Source of the DNA: Gammaproteobacteria bacterium
GTDB taxonomy: Bacteria; Pseudomonadota; Gammaproteobacteria; CAJXQU01
NCBI GenBank assembly: GCA_965238175.1
Contig: CBDEGZ010000003.1
Span: 1,248,001-1,312,000, forward strand
Reading direction: 5' to 3'
Length of the DNA stretch: 64,000 nt
Of this stretch, positions 41,454 through 51,050 are shown in pieces. A program made the position numbers and the translations under genes. The notes below the pieces were generated by a model that was not told the origin of the DNA, made no database searches, and worked only from the letters and a program-made list of their open reading frames with translations. Within the stretch, counting starts at the first letter, position 1. Every line of letters begins with the position of its first letter.

Positions 41454-42086
41454 ATGAATAACTATTTATTTGTTTTTCTTCCACTTATATTGACCGTAAA
41501 TGGTTGTGAATCAAGAAAATATGAGGATAAAACGTTGAAGTTGAAAGGAATAGTAATTTCTGAATAAAGCTATAATGGCGAAGATGAGTATGAAATTGTC
41601 TACTCAAATATTGACTATTTAAACTCTCTATTCCAAGAATATATCCTTGCCAAAGAAGTGTCTGATGATGCTCTCACAAGCTATTATGTCGATTACTACT
41701 TGGCTCAAGTGAATGAAGATCTTATCCATTTAAATTCATAGTGGTTAAAGCAACACCAAAAATTGGAAATACTAAATAAGGAGAAAATTTTAGGAAAAAT
41801 CAGATCAATTAGTCTTTCAATTCCAGATCGTGGATCGCGCATGCAAACAGCCTTAGAGGCAGAGCCTAGATATATGAAACTGATTAGGGCTCTTTGTAAA
41901 GAGGTGGGTCAAAGATTCGACAGAGTTACTGCTGGAGATCTAACAAATAGGTACAAAGATACTCAAATTTTAGCTTGGCACTTCTTAACCAACTTAGGGC
42001 ATCACTATATGATTGACTACAATGGACAGGCTATTATGTTCAGTGGAGAATCAAAAGAATTTGTCGTTACAATTTCGGTCGATTGA
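41454..42086 (+). pseudogene. Disrupted DMP19/DUF4375-like cassette gene
   Basis: MNNYLF...ISE*...YSNIDYLN...SYYVDYYLAQVN with stops/deletion; continues as ORF 41763-42086. Confidence 0.55.
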
Positions 42087-42301
42087 TGAGTATGGGATCC
42101 AGTAAAATACTAACAAATTTTGTCTGGTTGATTTTGGTCTACGTTCCTTTTTGTGCGTGGTCTGTTGGACAAAACAGTCACCGTGTTTTCATCTAATTTA
42201 TTGTATTTTGCTGAGTAATTTGAGATTTATAATATTTCAAATTGTGAGGCCAAACATAACTAAATTTTCAGACTCTCAGTTTCAACTTGAGTTAGTTTAA
42301 A

Positions 42302-43084
42302 TTAAGGATCAACAGTAGGGTTTAGTTCAGGATCATTAATGATGGCAGCATCTGGATTGACTTCTGCCTCATCATCACCGCCTAATTTGTCCCACATTTT
42401 ACCAAAGAAACCTTTTTCTTTTTCAGCGTTTTGATCAGCTTCTGGATTATTTTCTGCTTGTTTCTCAGCAGCTTCTTTAGTTGCCATTGCAGCGTCGACA
42501 TTCGTTTCAGGAAGAGTATCCTCAGTCAGTTCATTATCAATACTAGTTTGAGTGGCTTTAACAGCTTTGTCTGTATCCTTTTTCGCTTTGTCAAGATTCT
42601 TTTCTATATTAGGCGAATCATCATCTCCAAAGCTCAGTTTCTCTTTAATACGTGAAAACAAACCCGGTGGTTCTGCTGGAGGTACGTTTACACTTTCAAC
42701 AATACGTGATTCTGTCTTAATTTCACCGCGTGCAGCTTTAACATCGCCTTCGACTCGTGCTAACAATTCATCTTCAAAAAAGAGCGTTACTCGGCGTTGT
42801 TCACGTTGTTCACGACCTTCCTTAAAAGTATAGACATAATCCCAGCGATCACTGTGGAAAGTATCTGTGATCAAAGGTGTTCCCATAATGAAACGAACCT
42901 TCTTTTTATTCATACCGAATTCAAGTTGAGCCAGCATTTCTTGAGTAATAACATTTCCCTGCTGGATATCGATTGTATGGACGTAGGGGAGGTTATCTTT
43001 TGCAAGAAAACTACTGTTATCCGAGCATCCTTGGATGAACAAAAGGGATAGGCAAATTGTAAGAGTTAGGTGTTTAATTGGCAT
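42302..43084 (-). CDS. bamE: Outer membrane protein assembly factor BamE with long acidic C-terminal extension
   Basis: Lipobox IQGC; IDIQQGN..T...L..GM....V..IMGTP...D.F...RWDYVY; divergent from fur. Confidence 0.92.
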   Translation of the reverse strand: MPIKHLTLTICLSLLFIQGCSDNSSFLAKDNLPYVHTIDIQQGNVITQEMLAQLEFGMNKKKVRFIMGTPLITDTFHSDRWDYVYTFKEGREQREQRRVTLFFEDELLARVEGDVKAARGEIKTESRIVESVNVPPAEPPGLFSRIKEKLSFGDDDSPNIEKNLDKAKKDTDKAVKATQTSIDNELTEDTLPETNVDAAMATKEAAEKQAENNPEADQNAEKEKGFFGKMWDKLGGDDEAEVNPDAAIINDPELNPTVDP

Positions 43085-43196
43085 ATTATTCGTTACTTGA
43101 TCTATATTGAACAGGGTATAGTATGGCAAAAGCCCAATCAATGTTAAAATCCTTAAAGTTAAATTTACTAATAGACCCGAGATAAAAACAAACCTT

Positions 43197-43601
43197 ATGG
43201 AAACTCAAGACATAAAAAAAGCAGGGTTAAAAGTTACGTTGCCAAGGATCCGCATTTTACAGATACTTGAGAACAGTGAACAGCGGCATATGAGTGCAGA
43301 GGATGTTTATAAGGCGCTGATTGAAGCTGATGAAGATGTTGGGCTGGCAACGATTTATCGTGTTTTGACTCAATTTGAAGCCGCTGGCCTGGTTGTTCGA
43401 CATAATTTCGAGGAAGGACATTCCGTTTTTGAGTTGGCTCAAGGCGAACACCATGATCATATGATCTGTCTCGAAACGGGTAAAATCATCGAATTCCATG
43501 ACGAAGCCATTGAAGAAAGGCAGCGCGAAATTGCTGATGTTAATGGCTATGAGCTACACGAGCACAGTCTCGTACTCTACGTTAAACCTAAACGATCCTG
43601 A
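43197..43601 (+). CDS. fur: Ferric uptake regulator
   Basis: [33 protein letters not shown]. Confidence 0.97.
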   Translation: METQDIKKAGLKVTLPRIRILQILENSEQRHMSAEDVYKALIEADEDVGLATIYRVLTQFEAAGLVVRHNFEEGHSVFELAQGEHHDHMICLETGKIIEFHDEAIEERQREIADVNGYELHEHSLVLYVKPKRS

Positions 43602-43609
43602 CATTTCCT

Positions 43610-44353
43610 ATGACAGGTACCACCCACTTCGGTTTTGAAGATGTTCCCGTTGAGGAAAAACAACAACGAGTTGCACAAGTCTTTAGCTCGGTTGCCTCCA
43701 AATATGATCTAATGAATGATGTGATGTCTATGGGTATGCACCGTTTATGGAAGCCATTTGCAGTTGCTGTATCAGGTGTAAAGAAAGGTCATTCGGTACT
43801 TGATCTGGCTGGTGGAACAGGAGATATTGCTGCTTTGTTGGCAAAACGTATCGGTACAGAAGGTGAGATCACGCTGGCCGATATTAATGGTGAAATGCTC
43901 AATGTGGGTCGTGATCGGCTAACTAATAAAGGTTTGTTCTCAAACATTAACTACGTACAAGCAAATGCAGAAACGCTACCTTTTCCAGAAAATTCGTTTG
44001 ACGTTGTAACTATTGCTTTTGGTTTGCGTAATGTGACCCATAAAGACAGAGCTCTGGCTTCTATATACAGAAGTCTAAAACCCGGTGGGAAGTTGATGAT
44101 CCTGGAATTCTCCAAGCTGGTTATTCCAACGCTTGATAAACTATATGAGCAATATTCCTTCAAACTTATTCCTGAGTTTGGAAAGTTATTGACGGGTGAT
44201 AGAGATAGTTATCAATATCTAGTCGAGTCCATTCGTAAACATCCTGATCAAGAAACGTTAATCGGAATGCTGGAAGATGCTGGTTTTGAGATGAATATCT
44301 ATAACAATTTAACCGGTGGGATTGTTGCGGTTCATCGTGGTGTGAAATTGTGA
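43610..44353 (+). CDS. ubiE: Ubiquinone/menaquinone C-methyltransferase
   Basis: [41 protein letters not shown]. Confidence 0.97.
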   Translation: MTGTTHFGFEDVPVEEKQQRVAQVFSSVASKYDLMNDVMSMGMHRLWKPFAVAVSGVKKGHSVLDLAGGTGDIAALLAKRIGTEGEITLADINGEMLNVGRDRLTNKGLFSNINYVQANAETLPFPENSFDVVTIAFGLRNVTHKDRALASIYRSLKPGGKLMILEFSKLVIPTLDKLYEQYSFKLIPEFGKLLTGDRDSYQYLVESIRKHPDQETLIGMLEDAGFEMNIYNNLTGGIVAVHRGVKL

Positions 44354-44970
44354 GCCTGATTGTTGATCAGGTTTTTCAACGCGCTGAAGAGATCGTCAAT
44401 GACGTCCTGCGGACTGATCTTGATCTGCTAAAAGACATTGCAAAGATGGCAGGAAAAGTCATGGCGGTGGAATTGATCGGGCTAGACAAAACAATCTATA
44501 TTTTGCCGCAAATTGAGGGTATTCAAATACAACAGGAATACGAGGGTGATGTTCATGTTTTGGTCAAAGGATCTCCTTTTGCGCTGTTGAAAATGGCCAG
44601 GAACAAAAATGATAAACCGACAAGTTTTAATGGTGACGTTGAGATCAGTGGTGATTTAGCACTGGGTCAACATTTGCAGCAAATGGTCTCAAGACTGGAT
44701 TTGGACTGGGAAGAATTACTCTCACACAAAGTGGGTGATGTCGCCGCTCATCAGATCGGGAATATTATTCGGTCATTTACTGGCTGGGCAAAAGAATCCC
44801 ATACCAGTTTGGAACAGAACATTAGTGAATATTTACGGATTGAAGCTGAGCTTACACCTGAGCGAGTTGAAATTGATCATTTTATGGATGATGTTGATGA
44901 ACTACGCAATGGTGTAGATCGTCTTGAACAAAGGATAGCTCGCATACAAAAATCACGGATAACCTCATGA
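44350..44970 (+). CDS. ubiJ: Ubiquinone biosynthesis accessory factor (SCP2 domain)
   Basis: I.GD..L, DWEE.LS...GD..A, EYL..E, C-terminal coiled coil; between ubiE and ubiB. Confidence 0.88.
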   Translation: MSLIVDQVFQRAEEIVNDVLRTDLDLLKDIAKMAGKVMAVELIGLDKTIYILPQIEGIQIQQEYEGDVHVLVKGSPFALLKMARNKNDKPTSFNGDVEISGDLALGQHLQQMVSRLDLDWEELLSHKVGDVAAHQIGNIIRSFTGWAKESHTSLEQNISEYLRIEAELTPERVEIDHFMDDVDELRNGVDRLEQRIARIQKSRITS

Positions 44971-46637
44971 TCACACCAGGTCAGTTTATTCGATTAATCG
45001 GAATTCAACGCGTTTTGATTCGTCATGGTTTGGACGAAATCATTCTCACTACCCATCTGTTTAGACCGATCAGATACTTAATGTATCTTTTACCCTGGAA
45101 TTGGCACCGTCGGAATTATGCTTCGAAAGAAGAGCGTGTCTTACATGCCCTGGAAGATCTGGGTCCTATTTTCGTTAAATTTGGCCAGCTTTTATCGACC
45201 CGTCGGGATTTATTACCCGAAGGTTTAGCCGATCAACTTGCGAAATTGCAAGACAGTGTCCCACCGTTTCCTGTTGAGGAAGCAAAGCGTATTATCGAGC
45301 AAGCCTACGATCAATCTGTTGATAAGGTCTTTTTGGAGTTTGATGAGCAGCCACTAGCTTCTGCTTCCATTGCTCAAGTTCATGCAGCTCGTCTTGCAGA
45401 TGGTCGTGAAGTTGTCGTTAAGGTAGTCCGTCCCGATATTGAAACTGTGATCAAACGAGATATGGGTTTGATTATGACACTAGCAGAACTGGCGGAAAAA
45501 TATTCTGAACATGGCCGACGTATGCGACCTGTTGGTGTCGTTGAAGAATATCGAAAAGTTATTTTAGACGAGCTTGATTTAATGCGTGAAGCTGCTAATG
45601 CATCACAATTAAAACGTAATTTTAAAGATTCTGATCAACTATATATTCCAGAAATCGAGTGGGATCTTTCTCGTAAGAACGTGATGGTAATGGAGCGTAT
45701 ATATGGGATCCATATCGATGAAACTGATGCTTTAGAAGTTGCAGATATTGATCGGAAAGAAATTGCAGAACTTGGTATTGAAATTTTTTTCACTCAGGTA
45801 TTTCGAGATCGATATTTTCATGCTGATCTGCATCCAGGTAATCTTTTTGTAATACCCGAGAAAGATCAAAAGCCATTGCAATTGGCTTTGATCGATTTTG
45901 GGATTATGGGCAGTCTCAGTGAGGAAGATCAGCATTATCTGGCAAATAATTTTATTGCCTTTTTAAGTCGAGATTACAAGAGAGTTGCAGAGCTGCATAT
46001 CGAGTCAGGTTGGGTTCCTGCAGGAACGCGTGTTGATGATTTTGAGTTTGCGATTCGCAGTGTTTGTGAACCTATTTTTGAAAAACCATTACGTGAAATT
46101 TCTTTTGGTCATTTATTACTACGACTTTTCCAGACTGCTCAGCGTTTCCATATGGTTGTTTTACCACAACTTTTACTATTACAAAAAACACTGGTTAATA
46201 TAGAAGGTGTTGGTCGACAACTCTACCCTGATATTGATATGTGGGAAACTGCACGACCGATTATGAAACGATGGATGAGCGAACAAACCGGTGTTCGACA
46301 CCTTTTTGATGCTGCGCGTGAGAATTTACCTGGTTGGATAGAGAAGCTACCTGAGATACCCAATAATGTGATTGATCTGCTGGAAAAAATGCATAAAGGT
46401 GAGTTGCAAGTACGATCAGATAAAGCGTCCTTAGAAAGTCTGAAGCAAGAGATTAAGCTCACTAACGAGCGGAATAATTTAACAACGATCGCATCAGCAT
46501 TAATCATTGCAGCGGCATTGTTATTTGGTCTTGGTGATGGAGAACAAAAATTTATTTCCTTAGGACAGATCTCCCTCCCTATTTGGTTATTATTTGCCAG
46601 TATAGTGTTGTTGTTGAAAACTTGGTCAAAAAAGTAA
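44967..46637 (+). CDS. ubiB: Ubiquinone biosynthesis kinase-like protein
   Basis: LGPIFVKFGQ.LSTRRD, ASASIAQVH, FHADLHPGN, DFGI. Confidence 0.96.
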   Translation: MITPGQFIRLIGIQRVLIRHGLDEIILTTHLFRPIRYLMYLLPWNWHRRNYASKEERVLHALEDLGPIFVKFGQLLSTRRDLLPEGLADQLAKLQDSVPPFPVEEAKRIIEQAYDQSVDKVFLEFDEQPLASASIAQVHAARLADGREVVVKVVRPDIETVIKRDMGLIMTLAELAEKYSEHGRRMRPVGVVEEYRKVILDELDLMREAANASQLKRNFKDSDQLYIPEIEWDLSRKNVMVMERIYGIHIDETDALEVADIDRKEIAELGIEIFFTQVFRDRYFHADLHPGNLFVIPEKDQKPLQLALIDFGIMGSLSEEDQHYLANNFIAFLSRDYKRVAELHIESGWVPAGTRVDDFEFAIRSVCEPIFEKPLREISFGHLLLRLFQTAQRFHMVVLPQLLLLQKTLVNIEGVGRQLYPDIDMWETARPIMKRWMSEQTGVRHLFDAARENLPGWIEKLPEIPNNVIDLLEKMHKGELQVRSDKASLESLKQEIKLTNERNNLTTIASALIIAAALLFGLGDGEQKFISLGQISLPIWLLFASIVLLLKTWSKK

Positions 46638-46823
46638 ATTTTTTTTGTCTTTTGCCGCTACTTCTTTAATACATGTACTGGAACTGACAGAATTTTTCTG
46701 ATCAGATTGTTTTATAGTGTTCAAACTTCAAGGTTGATACAAGGACTGATTTGGCAATATTTCTATATTAATCAAATAGATAAATGTTAATATTTTTCAT
46801 AAAAAGTTAAATTTGAGAATGAG

Positions 46824-47384
46824 TTGGATATGGATGAGTTTCCGGAATTAGACGTTTTTTCTGAAATCGATGAGGTTTCTGAAATAGATCTCGATAAGCC
46901 CATTGAGGAACATATCGAGATGGAGTCTATCACAGGACGTTTTCGGCGTGAGGCTGTCAAGGTAGCCCAAAGTAGGGCTGAGGCTGAAGCGCTAGCTAAT
47001 AAACGTCGACATATGCGAATATCTGCAGAATTTTTTGTTGCAAAATATCTTCTTGGAGATGATCCGAATAAGTTCAGTCTGTTTGGTCATAAAGAGTGTG
47101 TTGTAGTTGATGCAAGCAATACAGGTTTGGGGATTGTAGCAAAAAAGGGATTACGTAAAGGGGATAGACTGGTTTTGACCATCTCTGATGGTGAAAATGG
47201 TGAAATTCCAGAATTTGAGATTATTGCAACGGTTATGTATGCGGGTAATGATGGGGACAAAAAAATCAGCTATGGTCTGCAATTTGATGAAAAGCCTAGT
47301 CGAGCATATATAAACTTTATCACCGCTGAAACCTTAAAACTTAAAATGGCTAAGGCAAAAGACAAGGAAAATCCTGAAGTTTAA
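46824..47384 (+). CDS. PilZ-domain protein
   Basis: RRHMR (RxxxR) and DASNTG (DxSxxG) motifs, YGLQF. Confidence 0.75.
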   Translation: MDMDEFPELDVFSEIDEVSEIDLDKPIEEHIEMESITGRFRREAVKVAQSRAEAEALANKRRHMRISAEFFVAKYLLGDDPNKFSLFGHKECVVVDASNTGLGIVAKKGLRKGDRLVLTISDGENGEIPEFEIIATVMYAGNDGDKKISYGLQFDEKPSRAYINFITAETLKLKMAKAKDKENPEV

Positions 47385-47532
47385 ACGGGTTTTTACTCCT
47401 TAGATCCACCCACTTCCAGTTCGACTCAATATTTAGCACACCATTTGTGTTTTTTTCTGTAAAATCCTGAACTTTACCTAATCGTAGTAATCAATATTGC
47501 CTAATGTTATCTAAATTGAGTCGCTCATTGTT

Positions 47533-48501
47533 ATGCAACACGAAAAAATTAAAAAGTTAGAAAGTTTGATTGGCCAACAAATTGTTGGTCAGAAGAAACT
47601 GATCAACCGGTTATTAATTGCGCTTTTGGCTGATGGGCACCTCTTGGTTGAGGGAGCACCCGGACTTGCGAAAACCAAGGCCGTAAAGGTTCTTGGAAAC
47701 AGTATCGATGGAAGTTTTCACCGAGTCCAGTTTACACCAGATCTTTTACCGGCAGATCTAACAGGAACAGAAATTTATCGTCCTCAGGAAGGTAGGTTTG
47801 AATTTCAAAAAGGGCCGTTATTTCATAATCTTGTGTTGGCGGATGAAATTAATCGTGCTCCCGCAAAAGTACAATCCGCTTTACTTGAGGCCATGGCAGA
47901 AAGGCAGATCACTGTTGGAAAAGAGACTTATGATTTACCCAAGCTATTTCTTGTAATGGCGACTCAGAACCCGATTGAACAAGAGGGTACTTACCCATTG
48001 CCTGAAGCGCAGCTCGATCGATTTTTAATGCATGTCACAGTAGATTATCCAGATGGAGATGCAGAGTTAGCTATTTTGAGGTTGGCTCGAAAAGAAGCAG
48101 AATCTGAGCTTATTACAGATCAAAAATATGTCCAACAACAAATTTTGCAGCAAACTATTTTTGATGCTCGAAAGGAAGTGCTGGAAATTCATATGGCAGA
48201 AAATATTGAAAAATATCTTTTGCAGATTGTCCTTGCAACTCGGCAACCTGAAAAATATGGTGATGATTTAAAACGATGGTTACAGTGGGGGGGAAGTCCT
48301 CGCGCCACTATCAGTCTTGATCGATGCTCGCGTGCACATGCCTGGATTGCTGGCAGAGATTATGTTGGACCAGAAGATGTGCAGGCAGTCGCACCAGATG
48401 TACTTCGCCATAGACTCATTCTCGATTATGAGGCAGAAGCTGAAGGGATCAACACAGAGAAAGTCGTTGGTGAATTGATCGCTCGAATTGCCGTCCCGTA
48501 A
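47533..48501 (+). CDS. moxR: MoxR family AAA ATPase
   Basis: HLLVEGAPGLAKT, RVQFTPDLLPAD, DEINRAPAKVQSALLEAM, ATQNPIEQEGTYPLPEAQLDRF. Confidence 0.95.
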   Translation: MQHEKIKKLESLIGQQIVGQKKLINRLLIALLADGHLLVEGAPGLAKTKAVKVLGNSIDGSFHRVQFTPDLLPADLTGTEIYRPQEGRFEFQKGPLFHNLVLADEINRAPAKVQSALLEAMAERQITVGKETYDLPKLFLVMATQNPIEQEGTYPLPEAQLDRFLMHVTVDYPDGDAELAILRLARKEAESELITDQKYVQQQILQQTIFDARKEVLEIHMAENIEKYLLQIVLATRQPEKYGDDLKRWLQWGGSPRATISLDRCSRAHAWIAGRDYVGPEDVQAVAPDVLRHRLILDYEAEAEGINTEKVVGELIARIAVP

Positions 48502-48513
48502 GCTCTTTATAAA

Positions 48514-49422
48514 ATGACTTCTCCAATACAAGTCAGCGTTTCCGAATTGATTGCGCTTAATCGTAGTGTCGCGCTGTTGCGTAAACGTCCTCGTCGACCA
48601 AAAGCAACCCTGAGTGGTGACTACACCTCTGCCATTAGAGGTCGTGGTATGGAGTTTGACGAGTCGCGACTCTATCAACCTGGTGATGACATTCGTAATA
48701 TGGATTGGCGGGTGACGGCACGAACTGGTAAGCCTCACACTAAGCTATTTCGTGAAGAACGCGAGCGGCCTGTTTTTGTTTGGGTGGATTATCGGGATCC
48801 TATGTTTTTTGCGACAAAAGGTGTTTTTAAATCAGTTTTTGCTGCAAAAACTGCCGCACTTATTGCATGGGATGCCACTCAACAAGGTGACCGAATTGGT
48901 GGACTTATTTTTTCTGAACAAGAGCATCACGAGCTGAAGCCAGAATCAGGAAAAAAAGGTGTGCTCCGTTTGATAAACAGATTGGTAAAAGATCCAGCTT
49001 GGAACCAAAACGCTAAAACAAAAATATTAGAAAATGATCAAGGACAAACGAGCATTAGAAAAGCGATGATGCGGCTAAATCGTTTAGTTCGTCCGGGTAG
49101 TCTTGTTTATATGTTGAGTGATTTTCGAGAGTTAGAAAATTTGCATTCGGAAATTTCTAAACTTGCTAAACATTGCGAAATTATTTTATTACCGATTCAT
49201 GATCCGATAGAAGAACATTTGCCTGCAAATGGAACATTTCGTTTAAGTCATAATGATCAAGAATTGATCATAAATACGCACAACCAATCAAATCTGCAAA
49301 ACTACCAGCAGCATTACCAACAGCATATCGAGTTTTTAGAACAACTTGCTGCGCGATATCGAATGCGAATGATTTCTTGTTTAACGACGGATGATCCGAT
49401 CAAAATGTTAGGGAACCTTTAA
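48514..49422 (+). CDS. DUF58 domain protein
   Basis: GRGMEFDE.R.YQPGDDIR.MDW.VTAR...K.F.EERE; SDF. Confidence 0.92.
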   Translation: MTSPIQVSVSELIALNRSVALLRKRPRRPKATLSGDYTSAIRGRGMEFDESRLYQPGDDIRNMDWRVTARTGKPHTKLFREERERPVFVWVDYRDPMFFATKGVFKSVFAAKTAALIAWDATQQGDRIGGLIFSEQEHHELKPESGKKGVLRLINRLVKDPAWNQNAKTKILENDQGQTSIRKAMMRLNRLVRPGSLVYMLSDFRELENLHSEISKLAKHCEIILLPIHDPIEEHLPANGTFRLSHNDQELIINTHNQSNLQNYQQHYQQHIEFLEQLAARYRMRMISCLTTDDPIKMLGNL

Positions 49423-49572
49423 CTAAATCATGAACGGTCAGATTGAGTCCAAAATAATCAAATCCAGCGTTGCAAAATTGAGCAATAGAACCGCTATTGT
49501 TTATATTTTTCGTTTTGACTTTGGTTCTAAAACTGTTTCGCCCAGAAGTAATCAGAGGCCTCTTAAATAGCT

Positions 49573-50043
49573 ATGGCGCTTGATAATCTTGAGTTGAGAG
49601 ATATTCAATTACCAGATCCTGTTTCATGGTGGCCACCGGCAATGGGTTGGTGGTTTGTATTAGTGGGGATTATTTTATTTTTTATCGCGGCTATTTTTTT
49701 GTTTAAAAAATGGCAAGGAAAACGTCGTTCTGCGAAAGTACTGGCACGAATAGAGTTACAAAAAATAGAACAGGAATTTTCTGACAAACCTGATCAAAAA
49801 TATCTAATTAAAAATCTTTCAACCTTGTTAAGAAGAAGTAGTTTGAGTAGTTTTCCACGGGAAGACTGTGCAGGCTTGACGGGTGAAGAGTGGCTATCTT
49901 TTCTTGACCAAGTTATGCAAGGTGAACATTTTACCAGGGGCGTGGGTAGATCTCTTATTACCGCGCCTTACGAAAAAGAAATGAATATTAATGCAGAACA
50001 ATTATTGACGCTTTGTAAAGACTGGATCGAGGCACTTCCGTGA
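49573..50043 (+). CDS. DUF4381 domain protein
   Basis: LRDI.LP.PVSWWPPA.GWW; A.LTG..WL.FLD. Confidence 0.9.
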   Translation: MALDNLELRDIQLPDPVSWWPPAMGWWFVLVGIILFFIAAIFLFKKWQGKRRSAKVLARIELQKIEQEFSDKPDQKYLIKNLSTLLRRSSLSSFPREDCAGLTGEEWLSFLDQVMQGEHFTRGVGRSLITAPYEKEMNINAEQLLTLCKDWIEALP

Positions 50044-51050
50044 TGGAGTCTAGCATCAATTTTTTTAGCGACTTACACTTTCAATGGGCTTGGGCATTCT
50101 TTTTTTTACCGCTTCCATGGCTAGTTAGAATACTATTTTCACCAGTTGAGCAGGCTCGTGATGCTGCATTACGGGTGCCTTTTCTTGAAGACTTTAAATC
50201 ATTGTCTGGTGGTAGAGTAGGTGAAAAATATAGCAAACTAAAGTTTTGGTTAGCATCATTCGCATGGATATTATTGATCATTTCGGCGGCTAGACCGCAG
50301 TGGGTTGGTGAAGCAGTAGACATTCCTGTAAGTGGTCGAGATTTAATGATGGCGGTAGATCTGTCATTGAGTATGGAGCAAGAAGATTTCCAACTAAGTG
50401 GACAACTGATTAATCGTTTACAAGCCAGCAAAGTTGTTGCGGGTGATTTCATTGAACGAAGGGTAGGCGATCGGATTGGCTTAATATTATTTGGAGAACG
50501 AGCTTACTTACAAACACCTTTGACGTTTGATCGAAAAACCGTCAGAACGTTGTTGGATGAAGCAGCATTGGGTTTAGCTGGCAAATCCACCGCTATTGGT
50601 GATGCGATTGGGCTTGCGGTTAAACGTTTAAGAGAAGTCGAAAAAGAAGTGGAAGAAATCGATAAGGTTCTTATCCTACTTACTGATGGTGCAAATACCG
50701 CAGGCGTGATTGAACCATTACATGCAGCCGAACTTGCTGCACGTGAAGGTCTTAAAATCTACACGATTGGGATTGGTGCAGATGAAATGATCGTTCGTAG
50801 TTTATTTGGATCGAGACGCGTTAACCCTTCGCGCGATCTGGATGAAAAAACATTAACCGCTATTGCAGAAAAAACCGGTGGAAAATATTTCAGAGCTCGA
50901 GATACACAAGAGCTGACAAAAATATATTCAATACTTGATGAGCTTGAACCCGTTGAACACGATCCAGAACAATTTCGTCCGAAGAAAGCACTTTTTTATT
51001 GGCCTGCAGGCATTGCATTATTATTAGCTATGGTTGTTTTACTATTATGA
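50040..51050 (+). CDS. batA: BatA-type VWA domain protein
   Basis: ARPQW, D.SLSM MIDAS, GDRIGLI.FG, TAIGDA, LLTDG. Confidence 0.9.
   Translation: MMESSINFFSDLHFQWAWAFFFLPLPWLVRILFSPVEQARDAALRVPFLEDFKSLSGGRVGEKYSKLKFWLASFAWILLIISAARPQWVGEAVDIPVSGRDLMMAVDLSLSMEQEDFQLSGQLINRLQASKVVAGDFIERRVGDRIGLILFGERAYLQTPLTFDRKTVRTLLDEAALGLAGKSTAIGDAIGLAVKRLREVEKEVEEIDKVLILLTDGANTAGVIEPLHAAELAAREGLKIYTIGIGADEMIVRSLFGSRRVNPSRDLDEKTLTAIAEKTGGKYFRARDTQELTKIYSILDELEPVEHDPEQFRPKKALFYWPAGIALLLAMVVLLL

Noticed and set aside
42107-42170. Possible fourth attC (TACTAAC...GTTGGAC)
   Set aside because: Ends are poorly complementary and there is no convincing internal stem
49423-49572. 150-bp gap inside the Bat operon, possibly a MITE relic
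   Set aside because: No terminal repeats or second copy could be shown in this window
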